Of a stretch of DNA of 47,597 nucleotides, positions 1 through 9,284 are shown piece by piece. Numbering within the stretch: the first letter of the stretch is position 1; every line of letters starts with the position of its first letter. Source of the stretch: a virus (lineage: Duplodnaviria > Caudoviricetes); the IMG/VR virus record IMGVR_UViG_3300010366_000017, positions 1 to 47,597 of that record; one strand, written 5' to 3'. The translations under genes were made by a program, and so were the position numbers. Below the pieces are notes generated by a model. That model was not told the origin of the DNA, made no database searches, and was given only the letters and a program-made list of their open reading frames with translations.

Positions 1-124
1 CGGCCGTGATACATCCTCGGGAAATCTGATTCGCCCCCGCGTGTGTACGGTGACGGTTGTGTCCTACGGGTTGTTGAGAGGGGTGGTGCTTGTGCCAGCT
101 GCTGAGACTTGGCCTGGGTTAGAG

Positions 125-175
125 AGCGGAGAGGCCGATCTGGTGCTTGTCATGGCTGCCGTCGGCCTCTCCGCT
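125..175. repeat. 14-bp inverted repeat (hairpin) downstream of the minus-strand mini-operon
   Basis: AGCGGAGAGGCCGA (125-138) / TCGGCCTCTCCGCT (162-175); a second imperfect hairpin follows at about 187-210. Confidence 0.6.
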
Positions 176-222
176 GCCCTGAGGTTCCGGGCCGTCTGCT
201 GGACGGTTCGGAGCGGCTGAGG

Positions 223-468
223 CTACTTGATCGTGCCGATCTGCGCGATCAGCTCACCGGTCGAGTTGAAGACGCCGACCATGATGTGCGTGTCGGGCTT
301 GATGATTTCGCGGGCGGCGAACCAGTTGGAGGCGATGATGATCGCCTGGTCTTGGTCGTAGGCTGCGGCGACCAGCTCGCTTTTGGTGTCTGCGTCGGTC
401 ATCGTCCAGACTTTGCAGAGCAGGTTCGGGTTGAGGTTGACCGGGTCGGCTGGTAGCTGCTCGCTCAA
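223..468 (-). CDS. hypothetical protein (81 aa)
   Basis: GC3-biased codons; TTG start overlaps the upstream TGA (TTGA coupling). Confidence 0.65.
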   Translation of the reverse strand: MSEQLPADPVNLNPNLLCKVWTMTDADTKSELVAAAYDQDQAIIIASNWFAAREIIKPDTHIMVGVFNSTGELIAQIGTIK

Positions 469-659
469 ACCGGTGTGACGCTGATGATCGTGTCGCCGGG
501 GATGATCCGCTCGTGCATCGCACGGGCGTCGTCTTCGTCGGCGGCGAGGTACTGGCTTGCGCCTGCCTGCTGCGTCTTGACGGCGAACCAGCTGCGCTCG
601 TCGACAGGCTCCGCCGCAGGGTCGCTCTTCGACGAGGACCGCTTCGGTGTGTCAGCCAC
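465..659 (-). CDS. hypothetical protein (64 aa)
   Basis: AGGAGG SD just upstream of GTG; coupled to the next gene. Confidence 0.7.
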   Translation of the reverse strand: MADTPKRSSSKSDPAAEPVDERSWFAVKTQQAGASQYLAADEDDARAMHERIIPGDTIISVTPV

Positions 660-729
660 GGGTTCCTCCTAGGTGAACTTGATTGTGAGAATCAGAGCAC
701 AAACGAAGATCCCGATCAGCATCGCGGTG

Positions 730-921
730 TCAATGGTCACAGGCGGCATCAGACCTCCTTCCGCGCCGCGCCGCTTGTTCCCGTGCTGAGAGCGCGAAAA
801 ACTTGGCGGCGACGACGTAGTAGTGCTGGAGAACTTCGCTTTTCGCCTTACAGGCTTTCACGAGCATCTCGACAGCCTTCTGTTCAGTTGCTGGTGCATG
901 GAACATGGGGTTTTCTCTCAC
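730..921 (-). CDS. hypothetical protein (start 921 or 906)
   Basis: GGAGG near the start; less biased codons. Confidence 0.4.
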   Translation of the reverse strand: MRENPMFHAPATEQKAVEMLVKACKAKSEVLQHYYVVAAKFFALSAREQAARRGRRSDAACDH

Positions 922-969
922 CTCCAGTAGCAGACAGCTAACGCCTATCCGAGCCGGAGAGCCAGCTCA

Positions 970-1242
970 AAGGCGCTCCCCCCCAACCCCCCCTCAAACT
1001 GGGAGGACGGAGGAAGCAATCCTCTGAGCCGGTGGCATCCGATCCGTGTCGCCTGGCTCGTCGGCGGGCCGATTCCCCTGACGGCCGCTACGAAAGCGAG
1101 GATGCATAACATCCGATCAACCGGGTAATATGCACCCCAGCTTTCGTAGCCTCCAACTGCGGAGCTAACCACGGCCCACCCTGAGGCGTCAAGGTGGGCC
1201 GTTTCCTTTTTACGCAAATAGCACTGTTGTTGGGGGAGACGC
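970..1242. ncRNA. candidate structured RNA or origin element in the divergent intergenic region
   Basis: Stems 1010-14/1020-24, 1026-32/1052-59, perfect 11-bp 1087-97/1140-50 with inner TGCATA/TATGCA, and 1171-80/1193-1202; C7-AA-C7 tract at 978-993. Confidence 0.5.
1171..1211 (+). terminator. intrinsic terminator-like hairpin
   Basis: ACGGCCCACC/GGTGGGCCGT stem followed by TTCCTTTTT. Confidence 0.6.
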
Positions 1243-1341
1243 TGTCCCCTGATGGTCGCAGGCAGCTCAGTCCTCGACACCACCGCCTTCGCGAATCGAC
1301 GACCCGCCCTCTCTGGCGGGGTGACCCCTGCCGGGCCACGA

Positions 1342-1358
1342 CGTAAACTCTGCCTGTG
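1342..1358 (+). promoter_or_regulatory. putative -10 element for a leaderless late transcript
   Basis: CG-TAAACT (1344-49), 6 nt, then GTG at 1356 with no SD; same geometry at 22583. Confidence 0.45.
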
Positions 1359-1859
1359 GACATCGGACACCTCGCCCGCGTCTTCGGCGCCAACGTCGAA
1401 GGCGCGTTCACTCATCCGGGCGACTCTGTTCTTTCCCCGCAGGACTGGCTGAACGCGCTCTACCACCCCTGGGGCAGCATCCAGCAAGCCTCCAACAGCC
1501 CCTACGCGATGATGATCCCCGGCGGCAAGCTCGCCGGTGAAACAACGACGCTCGGCCGGGTCGTCGGCGAAACATCGACGCTCGGGCCGAGAACGGTCGC
1601 CACGAACCCGGCTACCGGATGGGCGGCCGCCCAGAAAGTCCTCGCCGCGAACAGAAGCCTGCCCGCGACCGCCGAAGGCTGGGCGAGAGCGCACATGGCC
1701 GCCCGCGCCGCCGCCCGAGCGGGACAGACGCCCTACTCGCGGGCGATCCCCGGCTCGGGGCCGCTCTGGTCGTCGTCCGGACTCGGGCTGACGCCACCGA
1801 ACCCGGCGAACGCGCCGATGTTCAGGCCCTCCACCTGGGGCCGCATCTGGGGCCGCTAA
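1356..1859 (+). CDS. hypothetical protein, possible virion component
   Basis: First ORF of the plus arm; abuts the next ATG. Confidence 0.65.
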   Translation: MDIGHLARVFGANVEGAFTHPGDSVLSPQDWLNALYHPWGSIQQASNSPYAMMIPGGKLAGETTTLGRVVGETSTLGPRTVATNPATGWAAAQKVLAANRSLPATAEGWARAHMAARAAARAGQTPYSRAIPGSGPLWSSSGLGLTPPNPANAPMFRPSTWGRIWGR

Positions 1860-2774
1860 ATGGACGGCCCGCTCGGCGCGGTCGTCCACGCGATCACAAG
1901 GGCCGCCACCCGGCCCGGCGACGACATCACCAACCCGACCGACTGGGCGCACGCGCTCGCACGCATCTACCAGCACCCATTGGGCGCCCTCAGCCACGGC
2001 CTCACCAGCCCGTACGGCCTCGCGCTCGGAGTCGGCGTCCCAGGCAAGTTCCGCGGCGAACCGACCTTCGGCCAGCAGAACTTCCTCGACACGATCGAAG
2101 CCGCCAGCCGCAACAAGATCACGAAGCTCGGAAACGTCTACAACCCCACCGACCCCAGCGTTGCGGCGCTCCAACAGCGCATCGGCCAACCGGCTCCGTA
2201 CCCTCGCGATGCGACCGACCCGATGCCCGGCGGAGTCAAAATGGCCGGGAACCCGCTCCAGTATCTGTTCGAAGGCCGTGCCAGAGCATCTGAAATCGCC
2301 GACCTTCCCGGAGGAACACACAGCGGCATCGGCAGCAACGTCGTGCTCGGCCGCGGCCAGGAAGCGTTCGCGATGAAACGGCAAGTGATCGACCAGCTGA
2401 TGGACCTCGCCGACCACCCCGCCCTCAACCCGCAGTTCCGCGGTGCGGGTGGCGCCAACAACTTCTTCGGCCAGATCGCCGCCCAAGTCACCCACAACGA
2501 CTTCTCTGGCGCCGCCAGGGCGCTCCGCGACGCGTTCCGCTCAGGTCAGTGGCAAGGCAAGAACGACGTCACCGAAGGAATGGTCGACGCGATCGGGAAG
2601 CTCAACCACATGCAGGAGATGCTGCCGTTCGAGGGCACCGGCGGCGTCGGCCGCAGCCTCTTCGGGATCACCGGCGCCCAAGGCGGCGCCAAATACATCA
2701 CTCCAGACCTTCACGCCCTGATCCAGAACATCTTCGGCCCGAACTGGAAAGGCACCGGCCCGCCGCGTGGCTGA
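1860..2774 (+). CDS. hypothetical G/A-rich protein, possible virion component
   Basis: 304 aa, strong GC3 bias, coupled on both sides; has a YxHPxG-like segment also seen in the preceding ORF. Confidence 0.75.
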   Translation: MDGPLGAVVHAITRAATRPGDDITNPTDWAHALARIYQHPLGALSHGLTSPYGLALGVGVPGKFRGEPTFGQQNFLDTIEAASRNKITKLGNVYNPTDPSVAALQQRIGQPAPYPRDATDPMPGGVKMAGNPLQYLFEGRARASEIADLPGGTHSGIGSNVVLGRGQEAFAMKRQVIDQLMDLADHPALNPQFRGAGGANNFFGQIAAQVTHNDFSGAARALRDAFRSGQWQGKNDVTEGMVDAIGKLNHMQEMLPFEGTGGVGRSLFGITGAQGGAKYITPDLHALIQNIFGPNWKGTGPPRG

Positions 2775-3219
2775 CGCGCCCCGCGAGATGCTCGCCGACG
2801 CGCTCCGTGGCGTCCTCACCCAGGAACAGCTGAAAGTCCTGATCGACGAGGTCTTGGCGATCCAGAAGTCCACCTCAGCCGATTTCAGCTGCAAGTTCTG
2901 CGGCCGCCACCAGATGCAACGCACCAAAGTCAACGACGCCAAAGCCGTCGCGCTCGCGTTGCCTGACCTGCTCAACCAGGCGTTCGGCCGTGTCGGCGAG
3001 AGCACCGCCTCAACCGACCCGGTAGTTTTCAAACGGCTGACCGTCACCGACTCAGACGAAGAGGTCGAGGGTGCCCTACGGGCTATCGAAGAAGATCGGC
3101 GGCGACAACGCGACGAACGACGCGAAGATGGAGCAGTGCATCCAGAAGGTAATGGCGCAGGGCCACTCGAAGCTGCGAGCGATCCTGATCTGCAAAGCGT
3201 CGATCCAAGGAACAACTAA
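2767..3219 (+). CDS. putative terminase small subunit
   Basis: 150 aa upstream of terL; helical, LLNQAFGRV motif resembling TerS-type (L/I)LDRxxGK, plus CxxC. Confidence 0.5.
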   Translation: MADAPREMLADALRGVLTQEQLKVLIDEVLAIQKSTSADFSCKFCGRHQMQRTKVNDAKAVALALPDLLNQAFGRVGESTASTDPVVFKRLTVTDSDEEVEGALRAIEEDRRRQRDERREDGAVHPEGNGAGPLEAASDPDLQSVDPRNN

Positions 3220-3221
3220 GC

Positions 3222-4316
3222 GTGCCTAGCCCCTCAACCAGCCCGCTCGACGTCACCTCGACCGGCTCCGCGCAGCTGCGCGACCTCGGCGCCGTCCAGC
3301 AGGCCGGACAAGGACCCGCCGGTCCGCAAGGCCCGACCGGCGCGACCGGCGCGACCGGCCCCGCCGGGCCGCAAGGGATCCAGGGCGTCGCCGGACCAAC
3401 AGGCTCGCAGGGACCGACCGGCCCGACCGGCCCGCAAGGGATCCAAGGCACCGCAGGCACCGGCGTTCAATACATGGGCATGGTCAGCAGTTCAAGCGCG
3501 TTGCCGCCGACCGGCAACGTCCAGGGCGCCGAATACGTCACCCAGGACCTGCTCCACTGCTGGATCTGGAACGGGACCGCCTGGTACGACAACGGCCCCG
3601 TCAACTTCGGCATCGGCCCGCAAGGCCCCGCAGGCCCGCAAGGCGCCACCGGCGCGACCGGCGCCCAGGGTCCGGCCGGGGTTGGGATGCCGACCGGCTC
3701 AGGCTGCGAATGGTTCGGGTCCTCAGCCCCCAGCGGCTACCTGCTCTGCGACGGCTCCGCCGTCAACCGCACCACCTACTCAGCCCTCTACGCGATCGTC
3801 GGCAACGCCTACGGCGCCGGAGACGGATCCACCACCTTCAACCTCCCCGACACCCGCGGACGGCTGATCATCGGCGTCGGCACCCACGCCGACGTCAGCG
3901 CGCTCGGCTCGAACGACGGCTCCGCCTTGGCGAACCGGCGCGCCAAGCACTACCACACCAACGGCGTCACCGCGTCACCCTCAGGTTTGACGCTGCCCGA
4001 CCACAACCACTACCACTCGATCTCGCTGCCGAACCACCAGCACTACTCAACCGCCAGCAGCGTCGTTGTTGGCGTCAGCCCGAGCTACTCCGGTGGCGGC
4101 GGTGGCGGCCAGGGCAACATCAACAGCAGCGTCGACCTGTCCGGGCAAGGCACCAGCAGCCCGCTCAGCTACCCCGCCTGCAGCGGCGGCGTCGGCTCGA
4201 TCACCAGCGCCCCCGCGATCAACGGCTCCGTCACCGTCGGCGGCACGATCGGAGCCAGCGGCGGCACGATCGACACACCCGCCTACGTCACCGCGAACCG
4301 GATCATCAAAACATGA
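3222..4316 (+). CDS. collagen-like fibre protein with phage tail-collar domain
   Basis: G-X-Y repeats; collar motif [26 protein letters not shown]...[15 protein letters not shown]; ends IIKT. Confidence 0.85.
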   Translation: MPSPSTSPLDVTSTGSAQLRDLGAVQQAGQGPAGPQGPTGATGATGPAGPQGIQGVAGPTGSQGPTGPTGPQGIQGTAGTGVQYMGMVSSSSALPPTGNVQGAEYVTQDLLHCWIWNGTAWYDNGPVNFGIGPQGPAGPQGATGATGAQGPAGVGMPTGSGCEWFGSSAPSGYLLCDGSAVNRTTYSALYAIVGNAYGAGDGSTTFNLPDTRGRLIIGVGTHADVSALGSNDGSALANRRAKHYHTNGVTASPSGLTLPDHNHYHSISLPNHQHYSTASSVVVGVSPSYSGGGGGGQGNINSSVDLSGQGTSSPLSYPACSGGVGSITSAPAINGSVTVGGTIGASGGTIDTPAYVTANRIIKT

Positions 4317-4579
4317 GCCAGCCGTTCGACGAGCAGGTCTACGCCGTCCTCAAAGGCCAGAGCCGCGACTACTTCATCTTCCCGAACGCCGCCGCGTTCG
4401 CAGCCGAAGGACTCGACCCGGAGCAGGTCGCAGAAGAGCTGAACCGGCTCTTGGAAGCCGGAGAGGTCGAACGGGAACTGGTCACGATCGTGACCGGCTA
4501 CGACGACACCGGCGAAGAGATCACCGACCAGGTCGGCGGCGGCTACCGGCTGCTCGCAGTCCCGAACCCGCCCGAGTGA
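4313..4579 (+). CDS. small acidic protein, possible fibre chaperone (MSQPFDEQ..., 88 aa)
   Basis: ATGA overlap with the fibre stop; it is the C-terminal part of ORF-track 3710..4579. Confidence 0.7.
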   Translation: MSQPFDEQVYAVLKGQSRDYFIFPNAAAFAAEGLDPEQVAEELNRLLEAGEVERELVTIVTGYDDTGEEITDQVGGGYRLLAVPNPPE

Positions 4580-4580
4580 T

Positions 4581-6170
4581 GTGGCCGAAACGATCGTCAG
4601 CGTCTTCGACGCCCTGCCGCCGCAAAGGGCGTTCCTCCTAAGCCAGGCGAAGATCCGCGGCTACGGCGGCGCGATGGGCGGCGGCAAAAGCCGCACCGGC
4701 TGCGAACAGGTCTTCGACTACGCGCTCGACCACCCCGGCCTGATGGCGCTCTGCTGCCGCCAAGCCCACACCAGCATCGTCGAGACGACCAGGAAAACGA
4801 TGCTGAACCAGGTCGTGCCGCACCAGCTGATCACCCGCAGCAGAGCGTCAGCCGGGGAGGACTACATCCAGCTCTGGAACGGCTCGACGATCCACTTCGT
4901 CGGCCTCGACGACCCGATCCGCTGGTACAGCTCAGAGATCGGCGTCGCCTTCTTCGACGAGTGCCAGGAGATCGAAGAGGACACCGTCCTCCGGATCATC
5001 ACCCGCCTGCGCCAGCGTTGCCGCGACTGCGAACGGCAGAACAACCGCGACTGCGCCCACATGCCGAACAAGGCGCTCCTGACCTTCAACCCGTCCAACC
5101 CCGGCCACTGGCTGCAGAAGTGGTTCATGCTCGACGGCGCCGAAAAGACCGAGTTCGGGTTCCGCAAAGACGAACTCTGGATGGAAGGCGCGATCGAATC
5201 GCTCGGCGACTGCGAGTTCGTGTTCGCCCGCGCCGCCGACAACCCGTTCCTGCCATCCGACTACTTGAAGCACACCCTCGGCGGCATGAAGGAGTGGATG
5301 CGCAGGCGCTACCTCGAAGGGTTGTGGGAGTTCATCTCCGGCAACGCGTTCTTCGACGCCGACTCACTCCGCTACTACATCGAACGGGCCGCCGACGTGA
5401 AGCCCGTCTTCCAGGCGTGCCACACCGTCGGCGACATCGAAGCCGACGTCGCCTACCGCACCGGCCGCACAAAGACGAAGCCGAAGCGGGAGCAGCAGAT
5501 CACGATCGAAGGCGACTCAGGCCCGTTGATCGTCTTCAAGAAACCAGTCCGCCGCAGCTTCGACGAGCAGACGAAGAAGGTCGTTGAGGCTCATCGTTAC
5601 GTGCTCTCCATTGACGCCAGCTCGGGTCGCGGCACCGACTTTTCGGCCATCCAGGTCCTTGATGTCGAAACGTTCGAGCAGGTCGCCGAGTGGCAGGGGA
5701 AACTGGAAACCGGCCTGGTAGCTCAGGAGGCGTACCGCCTCGGCCGCATCTACAACGACGCCTACATCGTCCCGGAGGTCACCGGCGGCTGGGGACTCGC
5801 GGTCGAGCAAGTCTTGAAGCGATACCACTACAAGCGGCTGTACCTGAAACGCACCTTCGACCGCCTCAGCCAGAAGTTCACCGACAGGACCGGCTTCGAC
5901 ACGACGATCCGGATGCGCTACTGGATCCTGGAGGTGCTGGAGACGGCCGTCCGGGAGCGGGAGCTGGGCCTCTACAGCCTGCGCACGCTAGGGGAGATGG
6001 GCACTTTCGTTTATTCTGAGCGCGAAAAGCCGGAGGCCCAGCCAGGCCACAACGACGACCTGGTGATGGCGCTCGCGATCGGCGTCAAAGTCGTGTCCGA
6101 CCTGCCCCGTACGCTCAGGAAGGTGAAGGAGAAGGAATACGTGCCGCAGTTCGAGGTGACCGGCTATTAG
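4581..6170 (+). CDS. terL: terminase large subunit
   Basis: Walker A GGAMGGGKS, Walker B AFFDECQE, motif TFNP, RNase H-like nuclease SIDASSGRGTDFS...HNDDLVMALA. Confidence 0.95.
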   Translation: MAETIVSVFDALPPQRAFLLSQAKIRGYGGAMGGGKSRTGCEQVFDYALDHPGLMALCCRQAHTSIVETTRKTMLNQVVPHQLITRSRASAGEDYIQLWNGSTIHFVGLDDPIRWYSSEIGVAFFDECQEIEEDTVLRIITRLRQRCRDCERQNNRDCAHMPNKALLTFNPSNPGHWLQKWFMLDGAEKTEFGFRKDELWMEGAIESLGDCEFVFARAADNPFLPSDYLKHTLGGMKEWMRRRYLEGLWEFISGNAFFDADSLRYYIERAADVKPVFQACHTVGDIEADVAYRTGRTKTKPKREQQITIEGDSGPLIVFKKPVRRSFDEQTKKVVEAHRYVLSIDASSGRGTDFSAIQVLDVETFEQVAEWQGKLETGLVAQEAYRLGRIYNDAYIVPEVTGGWGLAVEQVLKRYHYKRLYLKRTFDRLSQKFTDRTGFDTTIRMRYWILEVLETAVRERELGLYSLRTLGEMGTFVYSEREKPEAQPGHNDDLVMALAIGVKVVSDLPRTLRKVKEKEYVPQFEVTGY

Positions 6171-6414
6171 CAGCCAGGACTACAACTTCGGCGGCAACGA
6201 CACCCCCTCCGGCGGCGACCAGCTCCAGGCGCTGCAGGCCGTGATCACCGACCTGCACCAGCTGATCACGATCCTGACCGACCCGAAAGCCTCGCAGGTC
6301 GCGACCCAGTGCCTGCAGCAGCTGATGGGGATCCAGACGCAGCTGATGGGCGCCCAGCAGAACACGGCCCAGCAGGCGATCGGACAACGACTGTCCGGTA
6401 GCGCCTATGGCTAA
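6166..6414 (+). CDS. Gln-rich helical protein (82 aa), probable ATT start; absent from the ORF track
   Basis: Open GC3-biased frame SSQDYNFGGND...SGSAYG*; GAGGTG 7 nt before ATT; stop overlaps the next ATG. Confidence 0.65.
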   Translation: MSSQDYNFGGNDTPSGGDQLQALQAVITDLHQLITILTDPKASQVATQCLQQLMGIQTQLMGAQQNTAQQAIGQRLSGSAYG

Positions 6415-6604
6415 GCACTTCATCCAGGGCGCGATCAAGCATCCCGGGGCGTTCAAGGCGCAGGCGCAACGCGCAGGCCAGTCGACGCGCCAGTTCGCGC
6501 TCGCCCACCAGCACGACAGCGGCACCACCGGCCAACGCGCCCGCTTGGCGCTCACCCTGATGAAGCTGGGCGGCGGCAAGAAGAAGAAGAAGCGTGGCGG
6601 TTGA
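6407..6604 (+). CDS. small basic phage protein
   Basis: FIQGAIKHPGA...RARLALTL, a type recurrent near portal genes; Lys-rich tail. Confidence 0.75.
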   Translation: MAKHFIQGAIKHPGAFKAQAQRAGQSTRQFALAHQHDSGTTGQRARLALTLMKLGGGKKKKKRGG

Positions 6605-8438
6605 CGAATCGCAGGCGCGGCAGTCGGACGCACTCGTCGTCCAGACGCTGCTCCGCCTGATCGACGCCGGAGAGAAAGAACTCAAGACCCGCAAGCGCCG
6701 CTACGACCACTCCTACGACGTCTGGCGGGCGACCGAGAAGCGCCCCGACAGCCTGGAGCCGTGGCAGTCGAAGCTGAGAGTCCCGTACGGCCTCCAGTCG
6801 ATCGACACCGCGCTCGTCAACATCGTCAGCGGCTTCCCGCGCTGCATGGTCAAGCCCAGGCACCCCGACCTGGAAGCGAACGCGAAAGCGATGCAGGTCG
6901 CGATGGACTACTTCGTCCGCGAAGACCACATGGTCGACCGGCAGCCCGTGTTCGCGCAGCAAGGCTTGGTCTACGGCGTCACCGCCGCGAAGGTGCATTG
7001 GCTCTACCAGACCAACAACCGCGGCGCCGCGATGGACGTCGTCGTCCGCGACGGCCCCACCTTCGAGCCGTGGAACATCTACGACATCTGGTGGGACGCG
7101 AACGCCCGCGACGTCGACAACGCCCGCTACATCGTCCTCAGGAGCTGGCTGACCGAAGACCAGCTCCGAAAGCAGCAGTGCAACGCGCCCGGCGAGCACA
7201 CCGACGACCAGTGCGACGGCATCTACCACAACGTCGCCGAGGCGATCAAGGTCGGCCCGACCCAGATGCGCTCCACGACCCGCCAAAACCAGGTCGTCAA
7301 CAGCGGCGAGCAGGGCCGCAACAAAGACCTGTACGAGCTGCTCGAAATCTGGACCGACGAAACCGTCTCGGTCGTCTGCTCACGGCAGGTGCTGCTCCGC
7401 AACGACCCGAACCCGTACTGGCACGGACGCAAGCCGATCGTGATCGCGCAGCAGCGGATCGACATGTTCGAGCTGCAAGGGATCCCGGAGACAGAACTGA
7501 TCGACCACCTCCAGTCCGGCATGTGGACGCTGCAGAACATGGTGATCGACAACCTGCACCTGACCACGATGCGCGGAGTGACCTACCGGGAGGGCGGCGT
7601 CACCGACCCGAACAAGTTGCAGCTCCGCCCCCGGTTCAAATGGGCCGTCGTCGACCACGACGACATCAAGCCGTTCGAGGTGCCGCCGCTCTCAAGCGAC
7701 GTGTACCAGGAGCGGACACGGATGCTGAGCGACATGCAGCTCGTGACCGGCATCAACCCGTACGTGTCGGGGGCGGACCTGCAGACCGTCGACCAGAACA
7801 CCGCGACCGGTGTCACCGCCCTCCAGGAGGTCGCCTCGCGCCTCTTGCGGTTCAAGGCGAGCCAGTTCCAGTACAAGGGCTACCAGCACACGTTCGAGAT
7901 GTGGGGCGACATGATCCAGCAGTTCCTCGACCGGACGATCTGGGCGAAGATCACCGGCCCCGACGGACAGGAGACGTGGCACGAGGTCAACCCGCAGGAC
8001 CTCGCCGGACACTTCGACTACGCTCTCGAAGGATCAGAAGAGTCCCTTTCTCGCCAGCAGGAGCGGGGCGAAGCACTGGCTTTGCTGAACGCGTTCGCCC
8101 CGCTCGCCCAGCTCGGCTTCGTCAACTTCAAGCCGATCCTCGAACGCGTCGCGCTCGCCTACGACTTCCCGAACCCCGAGAGCCTGTTCCTGCCGCCGCA
8201 GGTGCAGCCAGCCGCCGCGCCGACGCAGGAGCAGATCGACCAACAGCAGGCCGCCCAGGCTCCACAGAACGGCGCAGGAGGCGCTGGCGGCCCCATGCCT
8301 GACCTCTTCGGTGTCCGCGGCTCCCAGATCGGCGAGAACGTCTACCAGGGCCGCCACGTCCAGGCCGGAGGTGTCGAGGTCGACCCGGCCCTGCTGGCCG
8401 CCCTCAGCCGGATCAGCCCGTTCATGGTCGGCAGCTAG
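6594..8438 (+). CDS. portal protein (P22/SU10-like)
   Basis: 614 aa after terL; GLVYGVTAAKVHW, FEPWNIYDIWWD, TATGV motifs; Q/A/P-rich tail. Confidence 0.9.
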   Translation: MAVDESQARQSDALVVQTLLRLIDAGEKELKTRKRRYDHSYDVWRATEKRPDSLEPWQSKLRVPYGLQSIDTALVNIVSGFPRCMVKPRHPDLEANAKAMQVAMDYFVREDHMVDRQPVFAQQGLVYGVTAAKVHWLYQTNNRGAAMDVVVRDGPTFEPWNIYDIWWDANARDVDNARYIVLRSWLTEDQLRKQQCNAPGEHTDDQCDGIYHNVAEAIKVGPTQMRSTTRQNQVVNSGEQGRNKDLYELLEIWTDETVSVVCSRQVLLRNDPNPYWHGRKPIVIAQQRIDMFELQGIPETELIDHLQSGMWTLQNMVIDNLHLTTMRGVTYREGGVTDPNKLQLRPRFKWAVVDHDDIKPFEVPPLSSDVYQERTRMLSDMQLVTGINPYVSGADLQTVDQNTATGVTALQEVASRLLRFKASQFQYKGYQHTFEMWGDMIQQFLDRTIWAKITGPDGQETWHEVNPQDLAGHFDYALEGSEESLSRQQERGEALALLNAFAPLAQLGFVNFKPILERVALAYDFPNPESLFLPPQVQPAAAPTQEQIDQQQAAQAPQNGAGGAGGPMPDLFGVRGSQIGENVYQGRHVQAGGVEVDPALLAALSRISPFMVGS

Positions 8439-8734
8439 TGGACGACAACGAGTTCCGCGACCTGCAGGAACGCTCCGCCCTGATCGCGGAGATGGCCGCC
8501 CACCCCGGCTGGACGATGCTCGTCGACCGCGCCCACGCGACGCTCGCCGCGAAGCAGCAGCGGATCCTGAACGGCCAGCTCGGCGACTACACCGAGTACC
8601 AGAAGCAGTGCGCCTACGTTGACGGCGCCCTCGACGTCCTGCACCTGCCGAACCGGGTCGCGAAAGAGCTGGAGGAAGAGATGGCGTTCCGCGACGAAAT
8701 CAGGAAGGCGGAGGAGGAAGAGGAAGCTGCTTAG
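8438..8734 (+). CDS. small post-portal protein
   Basis: HPGW motif, coiled-coil, typical position after podovirus portals. Confidence 0.75.
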   Translation: MDDNEFRDLQERSALIAEMAAHPGWTMLVDRAHATLAAKQQRILNGQLGDYTEYQKQCAYVDGALDVLHLPNRVAKELEEEMAFRDEIRKAEEEEEAA

Positions 8735-9284
8735 CGTCGATGCCCCCTACCAGGAGCTGCTGCAGCACTGGTCGGAGTTCGAGCAGGCGCTCGACCTGTA
8801 CCGGAAATGGAGGCCGCAACGGGTGCTGGAGGTCGGCAGCTACCACGGTGGCAGCCTCTACCACTGGCTCCAGAACGCCCAGGACGGCGCCGTTGTCGTG
8901 TCGGTCGACCTGCCGCCGCCCGGCACAAGGCAGCCGTTCACCGACTGGGTCCCGCACGGCGTCCACTTCGTCAAGATCACCGGCGACTCGGCCAGCGAAC
9001 CGGTCGTCAGCCAGGCGATCGAGTACGCCCCCTTCGACTGGGTCTTCATCGACGGCGGCCACTACTACCGCGAGGTCGTCGCCGACTGGCAGAACTACGG
9101 CCTCTCAATGTGCGACAACGGCATCGTCCTCTTCCACGACATCCTGAAAGGGCACGGCCACCCCGAGATCGAGGTCTACCGGCTCTGGGCCGAGATCAAG
9201 CGGCAGGGCCGCTACCGCACCCAGGAGTTCATCGAGGACCCGGACGCGGACTGGGGAGGGATCGGATGCGTCTTCATGTCCTGA
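8727..9284 (+). CDS. class I SAM-dependent methyltransferase (Methyltransf_24-like), probable CTG start
   Basis: VLEVGSYHGGSL, ITGDS, FDWVFIDGGH, GIVLFHD, C-terminal GIG. Confidence 0.85.
   Translation: MLSVDAPYQELLQHWSEFEQALDLYRKWRPQRVLEVGSYHGGSLYHWLQNAQDGAVVVSVDLPPPGTRQPFTDWVPHGVHFVKITGDSASEPVVSQAIEYAPFDWVFIDGGHYYREVVADWQNYGLSMCDNGIVLFHDILKGHGHPEIEVYRLWAEIKRQGRYRTQEFIEDPDADWGGIGCVFMS

Noticed and set aside
945-2495. Long antisense and alternate-frame ORFs (e.g. 945..2495 -, 6761..8302 +, 24533..26677 -, 31643..33031 +)
   Set aside because: Arg/Pro/Gly-rich shadow frames expected from high GC3 over real genes; no motifs or SD
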